Source: a virus. From it: a stretch of 64,000 nt of DNA. A program made the position numbers and the translations under genes. Positions 58,083 through 64,000 of this stretch are shown in pieces. The notes beneath the pieces were generated by a model, which worked only from the letters and a program-made list of their open reading frames with translations, searched no databases and had not been told where the DNA came from. The DNA lies in the IMG/VR virus record IMGVR_UViG_3300025626_001351, positions 5,816-69,815 of that record; one strand, 5' to 3'. The first letter of the stretch is position 1; every line of letters starts with the position of its first letter.

Positions 58083-61000
58083 TTAATAAAAACTACCAGA
58101 ATGGAATGTTCTTACAATATATACTGCATCACCACTTGACCACCCATTAGGTTTGAACATAAGTTTTTGTCCAACTACATCAAAATAACCACCACCACTT
58201 ATTACATTACCCTTTTCACCAAGAGTTCCTTTAGTTCCAGTAAGTCCCTTGTTTCCAGTAGCAGCTGTTGCGCCTGTTACACCTTTAGCACCTTGAGCTC
58301 CTTGGTCTCCACTTAAACCATTTGCACCTGCAGCACCAGTATTTCCTTTTATACCCTTTGTACCTTTTGAACCTTGAGCGCCTGTATCTCCCGTCGCACC
58401 TGTACTACCTTTTACACCTTTTGTACCTTGAGCACCTTGAGCGCCTGTATTACCAGCATCACCTGTATTACCTTTTGTTCCTGTAGCTCCCTTAGCACCT
58501 TGAGCTCCTAAGTTTCCAGCATTACCCTTTTCACCTTGATTTCCACTAGCACCCTTTTCACCTTGAGGGCCTGTATCTCCTGCTGAACCAGTGTTACCTT
58601 TTATACCCTTTGTACCTTTTGAACCTTGAGCACCTTGATTACCAGCATCACCTGTGTTACCTTTTATACCTTTTGAACCTTTTGAACCTTGAGCACCTTG
58701 ATTACCATCGTTACCTGTGTTACCTTTTATACCCTTTGTACCTTTTGAACCTTGAGCACCTTCGTTTCCAGCAGCACCAATATTTCCTTTTATACCTTTT
58801 GTACCCTTTGAACCTTGAGCACCTTCGTTTCCAGCAGCACCAGTATTTCCTTTTATACCTTTTGTACCTTTTGAACCTTGAGCGCCTGTATTACCATCGT
58901 TACCTGTGTTACCCTTTATACCCTTTGTACCCTTACTACCTTGAGCACCTTGATTACCATCGTTACCTGTGTTACCTTTTATACCCTTAGCACCTTTAGC
59001 ACCTTGAGCACCTGTATTACCATCATTACCAACTGACCCTGTATTACCAGTATTTCCTTTTGAACCTTGAGCTCCTTCATTACCAATATCACCAGTATTT
59101 CCTTTACTACCCGTAGCACCACCACCACCTTGAGGGCCTGTATTTCCTGCTGCACCTGTGTTACCAACAGCACCAGTTGCACCACCACCGCCTTGAGGGC
59201 CTGTATTACCACTAGCTCCTTGTAGACCTGTTGAACCTTGTGCACCTTGAGGGCCTGTATTTCCAGCTGCCCCTGTATTTCCTTTATCACCCTTAGCACC
59301 TTGTCCACCTTGAGGCCCTGTATTTCCTGCAGCACCTGTTGAACCTAAATTACCCTTATTTCCTAAAGAACCTTTATTTCCAGCTGAACCTGTGTTTCCT
59401 TTATCACCTTTAACACCTTGAGCACCTTGAGGGCCTGTATTTCCAGCTGCCCCAGTATTTCCTTTGTCACCTTTAGCACCCTGCCCACCTTGAGGACCTG
59501 TGTTTCCAGCAGAACCAGTATTTCCTTGGTTACCTTTATTTCCTAAAGAACCTTTATTTCCAGCTGACCCAGTATTTCCTTTATCACCTTTAGCACCTTG
59601 TCCACCTTGAGGGCCTGTGTTTCCAGCTGAACCTGTATTTCCTTTTAACCCTTTTGTACCCTTTGAACCTTGAGCGCCTGTATTACCACTAGCACCAGTA
59701 TTTCCTTTATTACCTTTAGCACCTTGTCCACCTTGAGGGCCTGTGTTTCCAGCAGCTCCACCCGAACCAGTATTTCCTTGGTTACCTTTTGAACCTTGTG
59801 CGCCTTGGTTTCCAGCATTACCTGTGTTTCCTTTTGGGCCTTTAGCACCTTGTCCACCTTGAGGGCCTGTGTTTCCAGCTGACCCAATATTTCCTTTATC
59901 ACCTTTAGCACCTTGTCCACCTTGAGGGCCTGTGTTTCCAGCTGAACCTGTATTTCCTTTATCACCTTTAGCACCTTGTCCACCTTGAGGGCCTGTGTTA
60001 CCAGCCGCACCTGTCGAACCTACGTTACCCTTATTTCCTAAAGAACCTTTATTTCCAGCATTACCTGTATTTCCTTTTGGGCCTTTAGCACCTTGAGCAC
60101 CTGTTGAACCTTTATTTCCAGCATTACCTGTATTTCCTTTATCACCTTTAGCACCCTGCCCACCTTGAGGACCTGTGTTTCCAGCATTACCTGTGTTTCC
60201 TTTATCGCCTTTAGCACCTTGAGCACCTGTTGAACCTTGATTACCAGCTGCCCCAGTATTTCCTTTATCGCCTTTAGCACCTTGAGCACCTGTTGAACCT
60301 TGATTACCAGCTGCCCCAGTATTTCCTTTATCGCCTTTAGCACCTTGAGCTCCTGTTGAACCTTGATTACCAGCTGCCCCAGTATTTCCTTTATCACCTT
60401 TAGCACCTTGAGCACCTGTTGAACCTTGGTTTCCAGCATTACCTGTGTTTCCTTTTGGGCCTTTAGCACCTTGAGCACCTGTTGAACCTTTATTTCCAGC
60501 ATTACCTGTATTTCCTTTTGGGCCTTTAGCACCTTGTCCACCTTGAGGGCCTGTATCTCCTGCTGAACCTGTATTTCCTTTATCACCTTTAGCACCTTGA
60601 GCACCTGTTGAACCTTGGTCACCAGCTGCCCCAGTAGGACCTGTATTTCCTGTATTTCCTTTAGCACCCGTTGCACCTTTAGCCCCAGCATGACCTGTGT
60701 TTCCTTTAGGACTTGCTCCTTGTGCACCTGTTGAACCTTTAGCCCCAGCATGACCTTTAGGGCCGGTTGGATTTGCCCCTTGAGCACCTTGAGGGCCTGT
60801 AGCCCCAGCATGACCTTTAGCTCCTTGAGGACTTGCCCCTTGAGCACCTTGAGGGCCTGTAGCCCCAGCATGACCTTTAGCTCCTTGAGGACTTGCCCCT
60901 TGAGCACCTTGAGGGCCTGTAGCCCCAGCATGACCTTTAGGGCCGGTTGGATTTGCCCCTTGAGCACCTTGAGGGCCTGTAGCCCCAGCATGACCTTTAG

Positions 61001-62249
61001 CTCCTTGAGGATTTGCCCCTTGAGCACCTTGAGGGCCTGTGTTTCCAGCATGACCTTTGTTTCCTTTAGGACTTGCCCCTTGAGCACCTTGAGGGCCTGT
61101 ATCTCCAGCATGACCTTTGTTTCCTTTAGGACTTGCCCCTTGAGCACCTTGAGGGCCTGTGTTTCCAGCATGACCTTTGTTTCCTTTAGGACTTGCCCCT
61201 TGTGCACCTTGAAGGCCTGTGTTTCCAGCATGACCTTTAGCACCTTGATTACCTGTCGACCCAGTCTCACCTATATGACCTTTAGCTCCAGCAGCTCCAG
61301 TAGCTCCTTGAGAGCCTGTAGCTCCTGCCGCGGCCTCATGACCTCTTTTACCTTTAGTACCTTTAGCACCTGTTGCACCTTTTGGGCCTTGTGGGCCTGA
61401 CCCACCACCTGAACCTGAACTACCTGTGGCACCACCTGCACCTTTTTGTCCTTTAGCACCTTGTGGGCCGGTTGAAGAGTCTGAATCTTCACATGCGTTA
61501 CATGAAGCAAATGAACTACCAACAGTTGGGCCTGCTAATCCGAATTCAGTTTCCCCTATTACTTCCCAACAACCAGACTGGCCATTAATGAATGTGACTA
61601 CAATACCAGGATCTAGTGTTGATTGCATATTGTAAAAAAGGGAACTTCCACCTTCACAAGATTCGAACTCTGTTGGGAAACCTTCATCTTCACCAAATCT
61701 GTTTCGTACTACAAAATTATTTGATAAATATAAATCACTTGGTTCTATATCAAACCATACAAGAGCGTCTTTTTCATTTTCAAGATAAGCTCCAGTGATT
61801 GGTACATATTCAAATGTATTTGTGGTATGGTCGTAATGTACTAAGTGATGTGTATCTGGATTTACATCAGTAACTTTTTCAAAATAAGAATTATACCAAA
61901 TTTCCCCTTGAGAATTTTCTAATTGTTTATCAGCAACCAAGATACCTTGGTCTTCTCCAACAGAAAGATTACCTCTATCTGTCTCTAATGTGTATATATA
62001 ATAACCCGCACAACTTGAAACGTCATCGTGTTTTCCAATTCTATTAACTACTTGGTTTTCTACTGCAGTAAGGAACGATGTATCTTGTGAACTACCACTC
62101 CAATCAAATGGAGTGTTATCTCTATCTGACGTTTGAGTAATACCACTAATATTAACACCAACAATTGTTGAGCCACTATTAAAGGTTTGAGCTTGTGATT
62201 GTGCTCCTGATAATGATGTTAAAATCTGTGACGAGTGTAATATTGCCAT
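58083..62249 (-). CDS. Collagen-like fibre protein with degenerate N-terminal Hint domain and Cys-rich linker
   Basis: 1388 aa; roughly residues 261-1348 are Gly-X-Y triplets. Confidence 0.9.
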   Translation of the reverse strand: MAILHSSQILTSLSGAQSQAQTFNSGSTIVGVNISGITQTSDRDNTPFDWSGSSQDTSFLTAVENQVVNRIGKHDDVSSCAGYYIYTLETDRGNLSVGEDQGILVADKQLENSQGEIWYNSYFEKVTDVNPDTHHLVHYDHTTNTFEYVPITGAYLENEKDALVWFDIEPSDLYLSNNFVVRNRFGEDEGFPTEFESCEGGSSLFYNMQSTLDPGIVVTFINGQSGCWEVIGETEFGLAGPTVGSSFASCNACEDSDSSTGPQGAKGQKGAGGATGSSGSGGGSGPQGPKGATGAKGTKGKRGHEAAAGATGSQGATGAAGAKGHIGETGSTGNQGAKGHAGNTGLQGAQGASPKGNKGHAGNTGPQGAQGASPKGNKGHAGDTGPQGAQGASPKGNKGHAGNTGPQGAQGANPQGAKGHAGATGPQGAQGANPTGPKGHAGATGPQGAQGASPQGAKGHAGATGPQGAQGASPQGAKGHAGATGPQGAQGANPTGPKGHAGAKGSTGAQGASPKGNTGHAGAKGATGAKGNTGNTGPTGAAGDQGSTGAQGAKGDKGNTGSAGDTGPQGGQGAKGPKGNTGNAGNKGSTGAQGAKGPKGNTGNAGNQGSTGAQGAKGDKGNTGAAGNQGSTGAQGAKGDKGNTGAAGNQGSTGAQGAKGDKGNTGAAGNQGSTGAQGAKGDKGNTGNAGNTGPQGGQGAKGDKGNTGNAGNKGSTGAQGAKGPKGNTGNAGNKGSLGNKGNVGSTGAAGNTGPQGGQGAKGDKGNTGSAGNTGPQGGQGAKGDKGNIGSAGNTGPQGGQGAKGPKGNTGNAGNQGAQGSKGNQGNTGSGGAAGNTGPQGGQGAKGNKGNTGASGNTGAQGSKGTKGLKGNTGSAGNTGPQGGQGAKGDKGNTGSAGNKGSLGNKGNQGNTGSAGNTGPQGGQGAKGDKGNTGAAGNTGPQGAQGVKGDKGNTGSAGNKGSLGNKGNLGSTGAAGNTGPQGGQGAKGDKGNTGAAGNTGPQGAQGSTGLQGASGNTGPQGGGGATGAVGNTGAAGNTGPQGGGGATGSKGNTGDIGNEGAQGSKGNTGNTGSVGNDGNTGAQGAKGAKGIKGNTGNDGNQGAQGSKGTKGIKGNTGNDGNTGAQGSKGTKGIKGNTGAAGNEGAQGSKGTKGIKGNIGAAGNEGAQGSKGTKGIKGNTGNDGNQGAQGSKGSKGIKGNTGDAGNQGAQGSKGTKGIKGNTGSAGDTGPQGEKGASGNQGEKGNAGNLGAQGAKGATGTKGNTGDAGNTGAQGAQGTKGVKGSTGATGDTGAQGSKGTKGIKGNTGAAGANGLSGDQGAQGAKGVTGATAATGNKGLTGTKGTLGEKGNVISGGGYFDVVGQKLMFKPNGWSSGDAVYIVRTFHSGSFY
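58206..61469 (-). repeat. Collagen Gly-X-Y coding repeat (54- and 60-nt higher-order units)
   Basis: For example GAKGDKGNTGAAGNQGSTGAQ-type units and 20-aa [20 protein letters not shown] units. Confidence 0.9.
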
Positions 62250-62265
62250 CGTAACTCCTAATTAA

Positions 62266-63999
62266 TTATATTGAACCACTTGTATACATTAGAACGACAC
62301 CTTTAAAACTACCACTTGTAAATGTTAGTAAGTTATCACTCGTTGAGAATTCGAATCCACCACTTGCTAAATTAGCTATGGTTGTACCCAAGGCAGATTC
62401 ACCTTTTTGTCCTTTAATACCACCAGCTCCTTGAGAACCTTGTACACTTAAACCTTGTGCACCTTGAGGACCTGTTGCCCCAGTAGCACCTTTAGCACCT
62501 TGAGGACTTGCCCCTTGAGCACCTTGGTCACCTTTAGCTCCATCAGCTCCAGTAGCTCCTTGAGGACTTGAACCTTGAGCACCTGTATCACCTTTAGCCC
62601 CAATATTACCTGTAGCACCTTGAGGACTTGCCCCTTGAGCACCTGTATCACCTTTAGCTCCACCAGCACCTGTAGCTCCTTGAGGACTTGCCCCTTGAGC
62701 ACCTTGATTACCCTGTGCACCTCTAGCTCCTTTATCACCTTGTGGTGAAGAACCTTGAGCACCTTGGTCACCCTTAGCTCCAGCAGCACCTGTAGCTCCT
62801 TGAGGACTTGCCCCTTGAGCACCTGTATCACCTTTAGCTCCACCAGCACCTGTAGCTCCTTGAGGACTTGCCCCTTGAGCACCTTGGTCACCTTTAGCAC
62901 CACCAGCTCCAGTAGCTCCTTGAGGACTTGCCCCTTGAGCACCTTGATTACCTTGAGCACCTTGGTCACCCTTATCACCTTGTGGTGAAGAACCTTGAGC
63001 ACCTTGGTCACCTTTAGCACCAGTAGCTCCCTTAGCTCCTTGAGGACTTGCCCCTTGAGCACCTTGATTACCTTGTGCCCCAGTAGCTCCCTTAGCACCT
63101 TGAGGACTTGCCCCTTGAGCACCTTGAGGGCCTGTATTACCTTTAGCTCCTTGAGGACTTGCCCCTTGAGCACCTGTGTCACCTTTTGTTCCCGTAGCAC
63201 CTTTAGCACCTTGAGGACTTGAACCTTGAGCACCTTGTGGGCCTTGAGCTCCAGTAGCTCCTTGAGGACTTGCCCCTTGAGCACCTGTATCACCTTTTGT
63301 TCCTGTAGCACCTTTAGCACCTTGAGGACTTGAACCTTGAGCACCCGTATCACCTTTAGTACCAGTAGCTCCCTTAGCACCTTGAGGACTTGCCCCTTGA
63401 GCACCTTGTGGGCCTTGAGCTCCCGTAGCACCTTGTGGTGAAGAACCTTGAGCACCTGTATCACCTTTTGCGCCAGTAGCACCTTTAGCACCTTGAGGAC
63501 TTGAACCTTGAGCACCTTGGTCACCTTTAGCTCCACCTGCTCCTTGGTCACCTTGGGGTGAGGCACCTTGAGCACCTTGGTCACCTTTTACACCTGTAGC
63601 ACCTTTTGAACCTTGAGGACTTGAACCTTGAGCACCTTGTGGGCCTTGAGCACCAACAGCACCTGTAGCACCTTGAGGACTTGAACCTTGAGCACCTGTA
63701 TCACCTTTTGTTCCTGTAGCTCCCTTAGCACCTTGAGGACTTGAACCTTGAGCACCTGTATCACCTTTTGTTCCTGTAGCACCTTTAGCACCTTGAGGAC
63801 TTGAACCTTGAGCACCCGTATCACCTTTAGTACCAGTAGCACCTTTAGCACCTTGAGGACTTGAACCTTGAGCACCTTGTGGGCCTTGAGCTCCCGTAGC
63901 CCCTTGAGGACTTGAACCTTGAGCACCTGTATCACCTTTTGTTCCTGTAGCTCCCTTAGCACCTTGAGGACTTGAACCTTGAGCACCTGTATCACCTTT
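62266..63999 (-). CDS. Second collagen-like fibre protein, 5' end outside the window (missing from ORF track)
   Basis: Frame open from the window edge ([16 protein letters not shown]...) to TAA at 62266; C-terminus ..[48 protein letters not shown]. Confidence 0.88.
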   Translation of the reverse strand, partial: KGDTGAQGSSPQGAKGATGTKGDTGAQGSSPQGATGAQGPQGAQGSSPQGAKGATGTKGDTGAQGSSPQGAKGATGTKGDTGAQGSSPQGAKGATGTKGDTGAQGSSPQGATGAVGAQGPQGAQGSSPQGSKGATGVKGDQGAQGASPQGDQGAGGAKGDQGAQGSSPQGAKGATGAKGDTGAQGSSPQGATGAQGPQGAQGASPQGAKGATGTKGDTGAQGSSPQGAKGATGTKGDTGAQGASPQGATGAQGPQGAQGSSPQGAKGATGTKGDTGAQGASPQGAKGNTGPQGAQGASPQGAKGATGAQGNQGAQGASPQGAKGATGAKGDQGAQGSSPQGDKGDQGAQGNQGAQGASPQGATGAGGAKGDQGAQGASPQGATGAGGAKGDTGAQGASPQGATGAAGAKGDQGAQGSSPQGDKGARGAQGNQGAQGASPQGATGAGGAKGDTGAQGASPQGATGNIGAKGDTGAQGSSPQGATGADGAKGDQGAQGASPQGAKGATGATGPQGAQGLSVQGSQGAGGIKGQKGESALGTTIANLASGGFEFSTSDNLLTFTSGSFKGVVLMYTSGSI

Positions 64000-64000
64000 T

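Noticed and set aside
58610-63995. Alternative-frame and plus-strand ORFs over the collagen genes (LKV-rich, STLRTCP-rich)
   Set aside because: Shadows of Gly-X-Y codon periodicity; the Gly-X-Y frame is the credible one.
1-64000. Stop-codon reassignment, tRNA or rRNA genes
   Set aside because: Genes are full length in the standard code and TAA, TAG and TGA all end genes; no tRNA- or rRNA-like sequence seen in the short intergenic gaps (tRNAscan-SE not run).
1-64000. Eukaryotic giant virus (NCLDV) or bacterial chromosome origin, suggested by collagens, PLOD-like gene and glycan genes
   Set aside because: Tail sheath, tube, neck and tape measure genes, a T4-like replisome and bacterial promoters identify a tailed phage.

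Overview
AT-rich 64-kb segment of a large contractile-tailed (myovirus-type) dsDNA phage with a divergent T4-like core. All credible genes are on the minus strand. In transcription order (right to left) it holds: two giant collagen-like fibre genes; a 2OG-Fe(II) hydroxylase / GT2 / GT4-lysyl-hydroxylase cassette; neck, tail terminator, sheath, tube, chaperone, tape-measure and baseplate genes; small early ORFs; a PolA-like gene; SSB, RecA, 5'-3' exonuclease, helicase, NrdAB and Trx; Glf; two Mom-like acyltransferases, a GT-B, PolB, clamp, a DUF4338 protein, clamp loader, DUF1599 and a Cas4-like nuclease; then about 10 kb of glycan genes including an aldolase-KdsB fusion and a Maf-like transferase. 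Nine TTTG-N20-TAnnTTAG-type promoters point to a Bacteroidota host, and a second motif (TATTTATA on the coding strand) marks late genes. The best candidate for an undescribed system is a phage-encoded collagen modification pathway: a PLOD-like lysyl hydroxylase fused to a glycosyltransferase, beside Gly-X-Lys-rich collagens. Next are a replisome-embedded DNA hypermodification cluster and an ulosonic-acid glycosylation pathway. All family calls come from recognising motifs by eye; no database searches were run. Where I moved a start codon relative to the ORF track, the evidence says so.
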